A stretch of 64,000 nt of DNA from a virus (taxonomy: Duplodnaviria; Caudoviricetes), in the IMG/VR virus record IMGVR_UViG_3300031134_000004, positions 96,001 to 160,000 of that record; one strand, written 5' to 3'. Both the position numbers and the translations under genes were made by a program. The notes beneath the pieces were generated by a model. That model ran no database searches. It was given only the letters and a program-made list of their open reading frames with translations, and was not told the DNA's origin. Of this stretch, positions 9,563 to 19,093 are shown piece by piece (the first letter of the stretch is position 1; every line of letters begins with the position of its first letter).

Positions 9563-9829
9563 ATGTCGCGTCGCTTATTCCTTAAAGGACTGGCTGGATT
9601 GTTTGTAGCTCCAGCAATTGTCAAAGCCGAAAACATCATGAAGATTGCAGTTCCTAGGACAGAGATTATTCTGCCCGAAGAATTCAATCCACTGAACTTC
9701 GGCAACATGGTGTGGAGACCTGAATTGACGTTGGTTTTGCCGACTACGTGTAACGTCAAAGAGATCCATGTCCAACCAATGTTCAGACAAAGCATTGAAT
9801 CCTCGATGCCTATTCTGTTGACGTCGTAA
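9563..9829 (+). CDS. Microprotein: Tat-like signal fused to a major-capsid C-terminal segment
   Basis: N-term MSRRLFLK twin-Arg motif; NPLNFGNMVWRPELTLVLP matches capsid NPMHFGNMAWKPELTLVLP at 15/19 aa. Confidence 0.7.
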   Translation: MSRRLFLKGLAGLFVAPAIVKAENIMKIAVPRTEIILPEEFNPLNFGNMVWRPELTLVLPTTCNVKEIHVQPMFRQSIESSMPILLTS

Positions 9830-9901
9830 TCTATTCAGTTGCGGCCTGTCCCTCGGGGCAGGCTTTTATGCCCTAATACCGCAATAAAGAAACAAGGAAC
9901 A

Positions 9902-10537
9902 ATGATGAACACTACAAAACTTGAAGCGGCTTTGCTGTCGCACTGCACTGGTAACTTCCTGGACATGCACTTGGAGTTTAACGACCACAAGAGCTGCTAC
10001 GGCACCATTGAAGACCACGAGAAAAGCTACCCCAATATCACCTATAAGTGGGTGAGCGAAGAAGAACGTTTGGCCGCTTACGCTGCTAACGAGATGTGGG
10101 GTATTGCTACGACGGGTGCAGGTAAAGGCGCGTATCGCTCCAATACCAGCAACAAACTTTCCACGCTTGTTCAAAGCTGGGGTGAGATCGATCAAGAAAC
10201 CATCGAACAAGCCGAGCAGCTGGCTGAGTGGTTGCGCTCCCAATTCGAAGGCAAGTACGCTTCTGCCAACATCACCTACACGGTGGGTCAAGAAGTGACT
10301 CGCTATATTGACAACAAGTGGGTAACGAGTATCGATAACGTTGCAACCATCGTCGCTGAAGAAGGGAGTAACTTTTCCGATGAAGAAGATTGGGTCAGCG
10401 TGGAAGAGCGTCAAAAAGCCATTGATCAAAATGGCATTTGGTCTGTGCAGATCTACCCAAACACGCCGATCGGTTCTTACTCGTATCACGCAGCTTCGCT
10501 GCAAGCTATCCTGGAATTTTTGATGCGGCTTAGCTAA
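9902..10537 (+). CDS. Hypothetical protein with internal domain duplication
   Basis: AAACAAGGAA RBS; two WVSxEER..A...N..W repeats. Confidence 0.75.
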   Translation: MMNTTKLEAALLSHCTGNFLDMHLEFNDHKSCYGTIEDHEKSYPNITYKWVSEEERLAAYAANEMWGIATTGAGKGAYRSNTSNKLSTLVQSWGEIDQETIEQAEQLAEWLRSQFEGKYASANITYTVGQEVTRYIDNKWVTSIDNVATIVAEEGSNFSDEEDWVSVEERQKAIDQNGIWSVQIYPNTPIGSYSYHAASLQAILEFLMRLS

Positions 10538-10548
10538 TAAGTCAAACG

Positions 10549-10572
10549 CCTTCCTTTCGGGGAAGGTTTTTT
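10549..10572 (+). terminator. Intrinsic terminator
   Basis: CCTTCC-TTTCGG-GGAAGG then TTTTTT. Confidence 0.7.
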
Positions 10573-10623
10573 GATTGTTCTTGTATTAACAATATGTAAA
10601 TAATTACGATACGAGTATAAGTT

Positions 10624-11043
10624 ATGTGGAACTCTCTCCCCCCTGTTTTTATGCCCCCAAAACCCGATGCCATCATTTTGGACATCGAAGAATACGTGCG
10701 CATTTTTCGCTGGTCAATCAAGCCTAAACACAACTATCCAGAGTTTGTCAATGAGATCGTCCACAATGTGATTTGCTGTTTTTCTGATGCGAACATGGCA
10801 GAGTACGAGTTGACCGAGTTCGTCTCGCAAATTGACATGCAGATGTATTGGGACACTGAAGTAGCGATGATGATTCGGCCCGATTACGCGCGTCCTATTT
10901 TGGACTTGGGTGTGGCCATCCTTAAACACCTGCACGACTTACGGGTCTTTGACTTGGATGGGAAATTATCCTACGAGTACTACTCGTATGAAATCCCAGA
11001 TTTCCCTGGTGTTGTGCTTAAACAAATTGAAAAGGAAGAATGA
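10624..11043 (+). CDS. Hypothetical protein (PDxIILD paralog family)
   Basis: Paralogous to 11601..12257 and 30302..30718. Confidence 0.7.
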   Translation: MWNSLPPVFMPPKPDAIILDIEEYVRIFRWSIKPKHNYPEFVNEIVHNVICCFSDANMAEYELTEFVSQIDMQMYWDTEVAMMIRPDYARPILDLGVAILKHLHDLRVFDLDGKLSYEYYSYEIPDFPGVVLKQIEKEE

Positions 11044-11456
11044 TCATGGGTGTTATCATGCGGCAAATTCTTGCTGAAGCCAAGCTACGTGTTTCGCTGG
11101 AAGAACTGGCTGAAGTAAAAGGCGACGGTTGTGTGGCATTTGATCTGGACGGCACATTAGCCGAATACCACGGCTGGAATGGTATTAGCCACATCGGCAT
11201 GCCCATTATTGCCATGGTCGATCGGTTGAAACAATACCGCGCCAATGGTGTCAAGTGCGTCATCTTCACAGCCCGCGCCTCCGATGCACCGGACCAAGAA
11301 ATGGCCATGAAGATCATCGATGCTTGGTCGCTCTTGCATCTGGGAGAAATCCTACCCATCACCAACAAAAAGACACCTGACATCGTGCGCATTTACGATG
11401 ACCGCGCTCGTCAGGTAATTGAAAACACCGGCTTTGTTGTAGGAGAAGAGAAATGA
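11040..11456 (+). CDS. HAD-superfamily phosphatase
   Basis: Motif I FDLDGTL, motif II IFTAR, C-terminal IYDDR. Confidence 0.75.
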   Translation: MIMGVIMRQILAEAKLRVSLEELAEVKGDGCVAFDLDGTLAEYHGWNGISHIGMPIIAMVDRLKQYRANGVKCVIFTARASDAPDQEMAMKIIDAWSLLHLGEILPITNKKTPDIVRIYDDRARQVIENTGFVVGEEK

Positions 11457-11713
11457 AAATGCGTGACCGTAAGCGTCGCCATTACGCGCCTAATGTACGC
11501 AGTAACAAATCCATGAAGCGCATGTGGAAACGGATTGGTGAAAAGTTCAAAGCCAAGTTGACTAACTGCATGAGCGATGCCATCAAAAGGAGCAAAGTCC
11601 ATGTCAAAGAAATACTCGAGCGTATGGGACCTAGCCTGCACGCCGCAGCATGCGCAGCCGCCCTCCATCTCGCTACCACCGAGCAGCAACAAACCGCGCC
11701 TGCACCACTCTAA
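11453..11713 (+). CDS. Small basic protein
   Basis: GGAG RBS, MKMRDRKRRHY start shared with 20900..21025; 3' part overlaps next gene. Confidence 0.45.
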   Translation: MKMRDRKRRHYAPNVRSNKSMKRMWKRIGEKFKAKLTNCMSDAIKRSKVHVKEILERMGPSLHAAACAAALHLATTEQQQTAPAPL

Positions 11714-12257
11714 TTACAGCCATGTGCCAGACGCACTCATCATGGAGTTTCGTGATGAGATTCAAGTCTTTAATGAAGCCACTGCCGACATGCGGGTGTG
11801 CGAATACAGCATCAATGAAGTGCTCGCTGAGATTTTGCTCTTTGTTTCTGACAAGGATTTCATCGACACTGGCATTGAAGACTTGAGTAAGCAGTTCCGG
11901 CTCATCCATGGTCGTAATAACGATGAAGGTGAAGTCGATGAAGATAACAAGCGCTTCATTGAATCTGACGGCAACATCATGGGCGATGCAGTAGCGAACC
12001 TTGCTCACTCCATGGTGGCGCGTTTTAAAGACTTGGAACTATACTTAACAGACGGGAATTTACCGTTCGAATTTAAAGAGTGTCTGGTGCCTGACTTAGC
12101 GTACGTGTTCGTTAAGCAAACAGACTTTAAGCCTACAATTGAAAGAGAAGAAGATGAGTACAACCCAAACTGCTGGCACGAGTCCAGAATTCCGGACAGC
12201 GATCCAGAACACGTTTATGAAGGAAGCGTGGTGGAAGGAGAATTTGGTAGCGGTTAA
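11601..12257 (+). CDS. Hypothetical protein (PDxIILD paralog family)
   Basis: AGGAG RBS before ATG 11601; PDALIMEF...LYLTDGNLPFEF similar to 10624..11043. Confidence 0.65.
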   Translation: MSKKYSSVWDLACTPQHAQPPSISLPPSSNKPRLHHSNYSHVPDALIMEFRDEIQVFNEATADMRVCEYSINEVLAEILLFVSDKDFIDTGIEDLSKQFRLIHGRNNDEGEVDEDNKRFIESDGNIMGDAVANLAHSMVARFKDLELYLTDGNLPFEFKECLVPDLAYVFVKQTDFKPTIEREEDEYNPNCWHESRIPDSDPEHVYEGSVVEGEFGSG

Positions 12258-12492
12258 GAAGATGCTGCCTGAGACGTGGACGCACATGGCCAACGTCAAT
12301 GGGTTGGCACTGGGTTTCCAAATGAAGACGCTCGGCATCGACTGGCGTAGTCAAGAGGAATTCGGTCGGGTCATGGTGTTCTTTGAAAAGATCGGCCTCA
12401 TGCAGCGTCAAGCGCTCATGCAGATTCGCTGCAATCCGCACTGGGAGTTTTCCAGCACCATGTTCGATGAACTCAAACAGGAGAAGAAATAA
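12154..12492 (+). CDS. Hypothetical protein
   Basis: ORF ending at the start of the next gene; overlaps previous gene by ~100 nt. Confidence 0.5.
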   Translation: MSTTQTAGTSPEFRTAIQNTFMKEAWWKENLVAVKKMLPETWTHMANVNGLALGFQMKTLGIDWRSQEEFGRVMVFFEKIGLMQRQALMQIRCNPHWEFSSTMFDELKQEKK

Positions 12493-13070
12493 TGAACTGG
12501 TTCTTGTGGTATTGCAGTGCTTCGGTTGCGCTTGCTGGCGGTGTGCTGCTTAGCTTTGCAGCGTCGGACCTGGCAGCGCTCATGGGTTACACTGAGAAAG
12601 ACCCAAAGTTCGGTTACGCCACTACTGTGGAGCGCCACCGTGGTTTCGGTATCGGCTGGTATTTTGCCGGTGCCTTCCTTCCCATCATCAACCTCTTTAC
12701 TCTGTACCTGCTTACGTATAACTGGACGTTTGGCCGGATGAGTGATGAGACGCATGAAAAGCTCACAGCACTGTTTCGCTCGGACAAAGAAAAGAAGCGT
12801 ATCGAAGAAATACGTTTTGTCAATCAGTTGATTGAAGATAGTTTCTCGTTCGACTATCTTCCACCAAGTGTGGCTGATCGAACCAAAAGCATCTTGCTCA
12901 ATTGTTCATCCACGGATTTGTCCGACGGCTACCGGATTGAAATCATGCGTGATACGCGTTTGCGCATGCATGCTCCAGATGGTCGTTTGGTGCTGGACCG
13001 AGAAGTCACAGGGCTTGAAGCCTACCTGCTGCGTCACTATATCGTCGAACTCGCTAAGCAAGGAGTGTAG
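12492..13070 (+). CDS. Hypothetical membrane protein
   Basis: Two N-terminal hydrophobic segments; GGAG RBS. Confidence 0.7.
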   Translation: MNWFLWYCSASVALAGGVLLSFAASDLAALMGYTEKDPKFGYATTVERHRGFGIGWYFAGAFLPIINLFTLYLLTYNWTFGRMSDETHEKLTALFRSDKEKKRIEEIRFVNQLIEDSFSFDYLPPSVADRTKSILLNCSSTDLSDGYRIEIMRDTRLRMHAPDGRLVLDREVTGLEAYLLRHYIVELAKQGV

Positions 13071-13097
13071 TTACTATAAGAAACAAGGGAGTGTTAA

Positions 13098-13586
13098 GTG
13101 AAAGAGAATAAGCTGTCAGATAGGATGTGTCGCTTGATCGAACAAGCAATCTGTCAAGTACTTCAAGAAGCTGCACAATTGAAAGAATGCTTTCGTTTGG
13201 ACGTTCGCGTGCACGCAGTAGCGGTAGTAGAGAGCCGCCCTCTGTGTGTGAGCATGCGTCTTATTAGTACGCAAAACAAAACGAACCGCATTGTGGCGCG
13301 CTTACTCAAAGACAAATGGGGACGCTCGCATTTTCCAGAAGTTTTGCTCATGGAGTCGTGCGATCGCGATAGTACCTTGCGCGTGATGTACAACGCAGAA
13401 TACCATGTGTATCATGCAATGCAAAACAATGCTGACTGGGAGCGTTTTAGCCAGACAGTAAAGTATGTAAAAGACCTCACTGTGGATCACACCACACAAG
13501 AGCGCAGCATCGTTGAAAACATCATCAGCTTTTTGGTGCAAGGCTTATTCGATGACAAACCCTATCCGGGTTTCCAGCCAACTTAA
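13098..13586 (+). CDS. Hypothetical protein
   Basis: GTG start after AAACAAGGGAG RBS; C-terminal IISFLVQGLF motif. Confidence 0.7.
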   Translation: MKENKLSDRMCRLIEQAICQVLQEAAQLKECFRLDVRVHAVAVVESRPLCVSMRLISTQNKTNRIVARLLKDKWGRSHFPEVLLMESCDRDSTLRVMYNAEYHVYHAMQNNADWERFSQTVKYVKDLTVDHTTQERSIVENIISFLVQGLFDDKPYPGFQPT

Positions 13587-13796
13587 CAACCACAGGAAGA
13601 GGGTAACCCCCTCTTCCTTTTATGCCGCCTCTTTTTTTTGTTGTATTTTGTTACCGCTCAGACAGCAATTATGAGTGACAGTCTCCTTGCACAGAACTGT
13701 CCTAAGATTTTTCAAGTATCCTATTGCCTCGCACTTGAGGTAAGACGATTTCGCACTTTGGTGAACCCCACTAAGAACCCTAAGGAACACGATAAC

Positions 13797-15965
13797 ATGT
13801 TGAACCAAGCACCTGCCACCACCTCCTCGCACATTCCACTGCAAGCGACCAGTCTCGACATCTGGGACGAAAAGTATCGTCTGCGTGGCAACGACGGCAG
13901 CATCATCGATCAAGACATGAGCGCGACGTACGATCGCGTGGCCAAAGCTCTGGCTGCTGTGGAAAAACCAAACAAGCGTAAAGCATTCGAAAAGAAGTTC
14001 CGTGAAGCCCTCGCCCTGGGCGCGACTGGCGCCGGCCGCATCATGAGTAATGCAGGCGCTGAAGCGCACAAGACGGCGGTGTCGCTGATCAATTGCACCG
14101 TGTCGAATACCATCGGCGACTCGATGGAAGAAATCCTGCAAGCGAACAAAGAAGCTGGCCTGACCCTTAAAGCTGGCTGCGGCATCGGTTACGAATTCTC
14201 GACCATCCGTCCAGACGGCGCCCACGTCAATGGCGCTGGTGCTGCAACGTCCGGCCCACTGCCATTCATGGACATCTTCGACCGTACCTGCGCTACCGTC
14301 AAATCGGCTGGCGCGCGTCGTGGTGCGCAGATGGGAACGTTCGACGTGTCGCACCCTGACGCACCGGCTTTCATTTCGGCCAAGCGTACTGACGGTCGCC
14401 TGCGCAACTTCAACCTGTCGCTCTTGATCACCGACGAATTCATCGAAGCGGTCAAGAACAAGACGATGTGGGAATTCAAGTGGGAAGGTCTGCCTTTCTA
14501 CCGTAAGAACCACGAAACGGGCGAATCGATCAAGGCGGAAATGCCAGCGCTCGAACTGTGGGAACTGATCATGAAGTCGACCTACGACTTTGCTGAGCCA
14601 GGCTTCCTGCTGATCGACCGTATCAACCAGTACAACAACCTGTGGTTCTGCGAACACCTGCGCGCTACGAACCCGTGCGGCGAACAACCACTGCCACCGT
14701 ACGGTTCGTGCCTGCTCGGCTCGATCAACGTCGTGCACTTCGTCATCGATCCATTCACGCCAAATGCGCGCTTTGACTGGAAGAAGTTCTACGAAGTGGC
14801 CCGCCTGTTCGCCCGCATGCTCGACAATGTCGTCGAAGCGAACAACCTGCCGCTGGCCCAACAGCGTCACGAAATCGAACACAAGCGTCGCCACGGCATG
14901 GGTTACCTGGGCGCCGGCTCGGCCATGATCATGATGGGCATGAAGTACGGTAACGACGAATCGGTCGCGTTCACCGATAAGCTGTCCCAGCAACTGGCTT
15001 ACGCCAACTTCGAAGAAGGCGCAATGCTGGCCAAGGAAAAGGGTGAAGCCCCAGTCCTCATGGCCGAGTACGACTACGAAGACATCGTCGCCGGTGGCCA
15101 CATGGCTTACAACAGCACGTTCCGTACGCAGTACGAAAAGCGCCAGATCGGTCTCAAATACACCGGTCGCGAACTGTTCCTGATGTCGCACTACTTCGAC
15201 GCGTGGAAGAACGACGAAGAAGGTCTGCGCATCCTGAACCTGCTGGCAATGTACGGTTCGCGTTACTCGCACGCTACGTCGATCGCACCAACCGGCACCA
15301 TCAGCCTGACCTTCGGCAACAATGCTTCGAACGGCATCGAGCCATCGTTCACGCACCACTACGTGCGTAACGTCATCCGTCCAGGCCGCAAGACCAAGGA
15401 AGCAGTTGAAGTGTATTCGTACGAGTATCTGCTGTACAAGACGCTCGTCGATCCGGAAGCTACGCCAGTTGTCATGACTGCGCAGCAAATGGAAGCACTC
15501 GAAGCCTTCATCGCCGAGGGCGCTACCAAAGAAATGCGCAAAGCCATCATCGCCGAATACTGCCTGCAGCAACACATCCTGCCACCGCAGTTCGCTGACA
15601 CCTCGACCTTGACGCCGAAAGAACACGTCGACGTCCAAGCTGCTGCCCAGAAGTGGATCGATTCGTCGATCTCCAAAACCATCAACATCGACACGGACTT
15701 CCCGTTCGACAAGTTCCAAGACGTGTACATGTACGCGTACGAGATGGGTCTGAAGGGTTGCACCACGTTCCGTTTCAATCCAGAAGCCTTCCAAGGCGTG
15801 CTGGTCAAGCAGAGCGACCTGGCAGCGACGATGTACCGCTTCAATCTGGCTGACGGCACCAGCGTGGAAGTCTCGGGCGACACGATGATCGATTACGACG
15901 GCGGCACCCATACGGCGGCCAATCTGTTCGACAGTATCAAGGAAGGACTCTACGGTCGCATGTAA
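13797..15965 (+). CDS. nrdJa: Class II (adenosylcobalamin-dependent) ribonucleotide reductase, large subunit
   Basis: TNPCGEQPL active-site motif, SIAPTGTIS, DSSISKTIN, KGCTTFR; no ATP cone; start placed at ATG after AAGGAA RBS. Confidence 0.92.
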   Translation: MLNQAPATTSSHIPLQATSLDIWDEKYRLRGNDGSIIDQDMSATYDRVAKALAAVEKPNKRKAFEKKFREALALGATGAGRIMSNAGAEAHKTAVSLINCTVSNTIGDSMEEILQANKEAGLTLKAGCGIGYEFSTIRPDGAHVNGAGAATSGPLPFMDIFDRTCATVKSAGARRGAQMGTFDVSHPDAPAFISAKRTDGRLRNFNLSLLITDEFIEAVKNKTMWEFKWEGLPFYRKNHETGESIKAEMPALELWELIMKSTYDFAEPGFLLIDRINQYNNLWFCEHLRATNPCGEQPLPPYGSCLLGSINVVHFVIDPFTPNARFDWKKFYEVARLFARMLDNVVEANNLPLAQQRHEIEHKRRHGMGYLGAGSAMIMMGMKYGNDESVAFTDKLSQQLAYANFEEGAMLAKEKGEAPVLMAEYDYEDIVAGGHMAYNSTFRTQYEKRQIGLKYTGRELFLMSHYFDAWKNDEEGLRILNLLAMYGSRYSHATSIAPTGTISLTFGNNASNGIEPSFTHHYVRNVIRPGRKTKEAVEVYSYEYLLYKTLVDPEATPVVMTAQQMEALEAFIAEGATKEMRKAIIAEYCLQQHILPPQFADTSTLTPKEHVDVQAAAQKWIDSSISKTINIDTDFPFDKFQDVYMYAYEMGLKGCTTFRFNPEAFQGVLVKQSDLAATMYRFNLADGTSVEVSGDTMIDYDGGTHTAANLFDSIKEGLYGRM

Positions 15966-16011
15966 CATCGGCTGTACGATCCCACTTAACACAACAAGGA
16001 AATAGTAGAAA

Positions 16012-16701
16012 ATGTCTGAAGAAAAGAAAATGATTGCGATCACCCAGAAGATCACGAGCGTCGCTCTGGCTGACAGCACTGTCCCGGCTGAAATCAAACC
16101 GGAACCAGTTGTCGTGCGTGAACAACTGAACGAGCGCGTCAAGCGTCCTCGCGTGCTCAATGGTCGTACGTACAAGATCGCCGTGCCAGAAAACATCCTG
16201 TCCTCGGCCCTGTACCTGACGATCAACGACATCGTGCTCAACGAAGGCGGCGAGCACGAAAGCGTCCAACCGTTCGAAGTGTTCTTCGCGTCGAAAGACA
16301 CGAAAGCCTTCCAATGGGTCGCGGCGCTGTCGCTGCTCATCTCGGCAGTGTTCCGTAAGGGTGGTGACGTCACGTTCCTGATCGAAGAACTCAAATCGGT
16401 CACCGATCCAAATGGTGGTTACTTCCACCAAATGGCGCACGGCATCATGCCATCGATCGTCGCGCACATCGGCTACACCATCGAAGAGCACTTCAAGTAC
16501 CTGGGCATCATCAAGACCGAAGTTGCAGAACCGATCCCAGAAGAACTGAAAGCGTTCATCGACGAGCGGCGTGAAGAATACGTCGCTACCGGCGGTTCGA
16601 TGGCGCACGCTACTGTTTGCGAGAAGTGTCATGAAAAAGCAGTGATCCGTCTGGACAACTGCCCGACCTGCACCAACTGCGGCGATAGCAAGTGCGGCTA
16701 A
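16012..16701 (+). CDS. nrdJb: Class II RNR small partner (TSCPD domain plus C-terminal Cys ribbon)
   Basis: RPxxLxGxTYKI, PFEVFF, ISAVFRKGGD, C-terminal CEKC...CPTCTNCGDSKCG; directly after nrdJa as in Pseudomonas-type split NrdJ. Confidence 0.88.
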   Translation: MSEEKKMIAITQKITSVALADSTVPAEIKPEPVVVREQLNERVKRPRVLNGRTYKIAVPENILSSALYLTINDIVLNEGGEHESVQPFEVFFASKDTKAFQWVAALSLLISAVFRKGGDVTFLIEELKSVTDPNGGYFHQMAHGIMPSIVAHIGYTIEEHFKYLGIIKTEVAEPIPEELKAFIDERREEYVATGGSMAHATVCEKCHEKAVIRLDNCPTCTNCGDSKCG

Positions 16702-16811
16702 CTTAGCCGTCATAATGGCTGGGGGAAACCCCAGCCTTTTATGCCGCCTGTGTCTTTTTATTGACCTGCTCTCTAGTATGTGGCGGTTATGAATGAATTG
16801 ATTTTGGACCG

Positions 16812-16819
16812 TATATTAC
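16812..16819 (+). promoter_or_regulatory. phiKZ-type early promoter (TATATTAC)
   Basis: Exact match to phiKZ early consensus, ~50 nt upstream of a long run of small + strand genes. Confidence 0.65.
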
Positions 16820-16866
16820 CAATTTAGCATCCCTAGAGATGTCCACAACTAAACAAGGAAGCTTTT

Positions 16867-17409
16867 ATGAACTTAATGAATAACGACCCATTTGAAGAGA
16901 GTTTGGGTGAATTTCTTAATGGCCGTTTGAAAGAGGCTAAGTGGGAACTGGATGATGCGCCAAACACACCAATCACGTACGGTGCTGAAGTGTCGATTCC
17001 TGTTGTCATGCACTACACCAACCTCATGCAAGCTGAGAGCATGATGTTGCTGTTCAAAGAATTCTTCAAAGAGTTCTACGATAAGCTTGAAGTGGCGGCC
17101 ATGGAAATGATGGCAGGTAAAAACTTCACCATTAGCGAGAGCTGGGCGCAAGCGCCAGATCGGATGTCGCAACTCATCTTAACGATGATGACTGATCCGT
17201 TTTACATTCCTTACCTGAACGAACAATATCCAACGCAAGAACAAGCGTTCGGGGAAAAGATCATCTCGGTGTGGGGGCGCGCTGCGATTTACGAAAAACT
17301 GAGCGGCCAGTACGTCATGATGTTCGCAGGTTCTACCAATGCAATGCTTCAATCCAAAGAAGACATCTTCAAGTACAACAACGGTAAGCACTTTACCACG
17401 ATCTATTAA
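16867..17409 (+). CDS. Hypothetical protein
   Basis: 180 aa, AAACAAGGAA RBS. Confidence 0.75.
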   Translation: MNLMNNDPFEESLGEFLNGRLKEAKWELDDAPNTPITYGAEVSIPVVMHYTNLMQAESMMLLFKEFFKEFYDKLEVAAMEMMAGKNFTISESWAQAPDRMSQLILTMMTDPFYIPYLNEQYPTQEQAFGEKIISVWGRAAIYEKLSGQYVMMFAGSTNAMLQSKEDIFKYNNGKHFTTIY

Positions 17410-17422
17410 ACAAGGAAGCGTT

Positions 17423-17788
17423 ATGTCTCAAAACTATTGCCTCTCGTTTGTGCGTAAAGGTCAAGCGCCTATTTACTACGTTCGTGGTAGAGACAATGAA
17501 GAGTGGAGCCAAAACCCCAAAGGGGTCATTATCTACACAGACTTTTCTGACATCATGCGAAGAATTGACTCGCTGCGGGAAGATTACCATGATCCGGAAA
17601 ACACCCTCAAGAAATTGATCGGCACTGTTCGCACTGATGACGAATCCCACGGCATTGATGTTTGGGATACCGACAGTCTTATCAGCGCAATGATTGCGAC
17701 CACGCCCTTCGGGCAAGTCATTACCGCAGAAGGCGAACTTACCACCAATGAAGTACAAATCAAAGCCGTGATGCACACGAGCTATTAA
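17423..17788 (+). CDS. Hypothetical protein
   Basis: AAACAAGGAA RBS before ATG 17423. Confidence 0.7.
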   Translation: MSQNYCLSFVRKGQAPIYYVRGRDNEEWSQNPKGVIIYTDFSDIMRRIDSLREDYHDPENTLKKLIGTVRTDDESHGIDVWDTDSLISAMIATTPFGQVITAEGELTTNEVQIKAVMHTSY

Positions 17789-17805
17789 ACAAGGAAAACA
17801 AGATC

Positions 17806-18345
17806 ATGGAAATCAAAAACCCAGTACTGAACGCCATCAAGGGTCGTGAATTTACCGACAAGGTTACCGAGATGCTTTCCACCCACGGTTACGCTTTCAT
17901 CGGCGTGAACGAAGCGTCGGACAATCCGAACGAGCCTACGCCAGCGTACGTTTATACGGTCGGTCTGCACCAGCGTGGTTTTCCTGACCTGTTCGTCTCG
18001 GGCAACCTGCCACAAGAAACGGCAATGCGCTTGATCAACCACGTCATCGAACTGTGGGAAATCAAAGGCGTGAAACTGGGCCGCATCAACAACTTCCTCT
18101 TGATGGCTGACAAACGCACCAAGATGGGGATTGGCTTGAAAGAAGTCGACCTGGAAGACGATGCATCGGGTACTCCGTCGGCACTCAAGACCCACATGCC
18201 GGACTTGGTCAAGTACTTCCCTGACCTGGAAAAACGTCGTGTGGTGCAACTGCTCTGGCCTGACGTGCGCGGCTACCTGCCAATCAACGACGGCTACACG
18301 AACGACGCTTCCGAACAACAACACCTGTTGAACTGGAAAGAATAA
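17806..18345 (+). CDS. DUF4262-family protein
   Basis: YVYTVGL...PDLFVSG and QLLWPD..G.LP motifs. Confidence 0.65.
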   Translation: MEIKNPVLNAIKGREFTDKVTEMLSTHGYAFIGVNEASDNPNEPTPAYVYTVGLHQRGFPDLFVSGNLPQETAMRLINHVIELWEIKGVKLGRINNFLLMADKRTKMGIGLKEVDLEDDASGTPSALKTHMPDLVKYFPDLEKRRVVQLLWPDVRGYLPINDGYTNDASEQQHLLNWKE

Positions 18346-18659
18346 TGGCGCAAGCAGGTACTCCGACGAGCATCGAAATGTTCGTCGTTAATTCCGCCGG
18401 TGTGGAAGTCTACAGCGAAATCTTCAACGCGTACTTGCAGATTCCGCCGTATTGCAATGACGACCATCAAATGACAACCATCCATCTGCAATGCCAAGCG
18501 CGTCTTAAAGCATTGCAAGTGTTTCGCCAGCGGATGATTGTGGACTGCGAGAATTTCAGCTCGAAGATGCTCGAGTTGCTGCGCGACCGCATGTGGGTGG
18601 TGCACGTCAGAGATGTCCGCGTCATCAACCCTGTTTCGGAAGAAAAGGAACTGACATAA
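18345..18659 (+). CDS. Hypothetical protein
   Basis: Translationally coupled (TAATG overlap). Confidence 0.7.
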   Translation: MAQAGTPTSIEMFVVNSAGVEVYSEIFNAYLQIPPYCNDDHQMTTIHLQCQARLKALQVFRQRMIVDCENFSSKMLELLRDRMWVVHVRDVRVINPVSEEKELT

Positions 18660-19066
18660 TGGCTGCTAAAAACGATACGCCCCCGGTTGTGTCGCCAGAA
18701 CTCGTTGTGAAGATCGACGAGATCAACAGCCAGTGGTTGATCCATCAAAGTGTCATTCTTGAAGCTTACCTGCAAAGCGACGAGTACAGCGATAACTGGA
18801 AGCTGCGGATCGTCAGTACGTTCTTGAAAGATAAACAGGGAAACCCAGTTGTCATTCTCGACTACCTCGATCCAAGTGCTGCTGACGGCCACACGTACAT
18901 GCTTTTTGTTTCGGCATTTAAAGACAAAGCTGTGCGTGACCACGAGCTCGGTATGGCGACGGCTGTTGCGCGAATAACAGCCAAGTTGTGCGAAGCGGCT
19001 GGGTGCAGTAAGAATGATGTCCATGAAATCTTCGAGAAGAACTTCTTGAAGCCTAGCTACCGGTGA
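18659..19066 (+). CDS. Hypothetical protein
   Basis: Coupled start at TAATG 18659. Confidence 0.7.
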   Translation: MAAKNDTPPVVSPELVVKIDEINSQWLIHQSVILEAYLQSDEYSDNWKLRIVSTFLKDKQGNPVVILDYLDPSAADGHTYMLFVSAFKDKAVRDHELGMATAVARITAKLCEAAGCSKNDVHEIFEKNFLKPSYR

Positions 19067-19093
19067 TACAAAAATACTAACAAGGAGATTCGT

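Noticed and set aside
13630-13796. Cobalamin riboswitch upstream of nrdJa
   Set aside because: Only one hairpin (GACAGT/ACTGTC); the conserved GGGAA and GCCACTG elements were not found.
13620-16403. 927 aa minus-strand ORF (also 35024..37195, 41118..43130, 6062..7507, 63103..63993 on minus; 32815..34236 and 49512..51176 on plus)
   Set aside because: Antisense shadows of strongly codon-biased real genes; no RBS or protein-like features.
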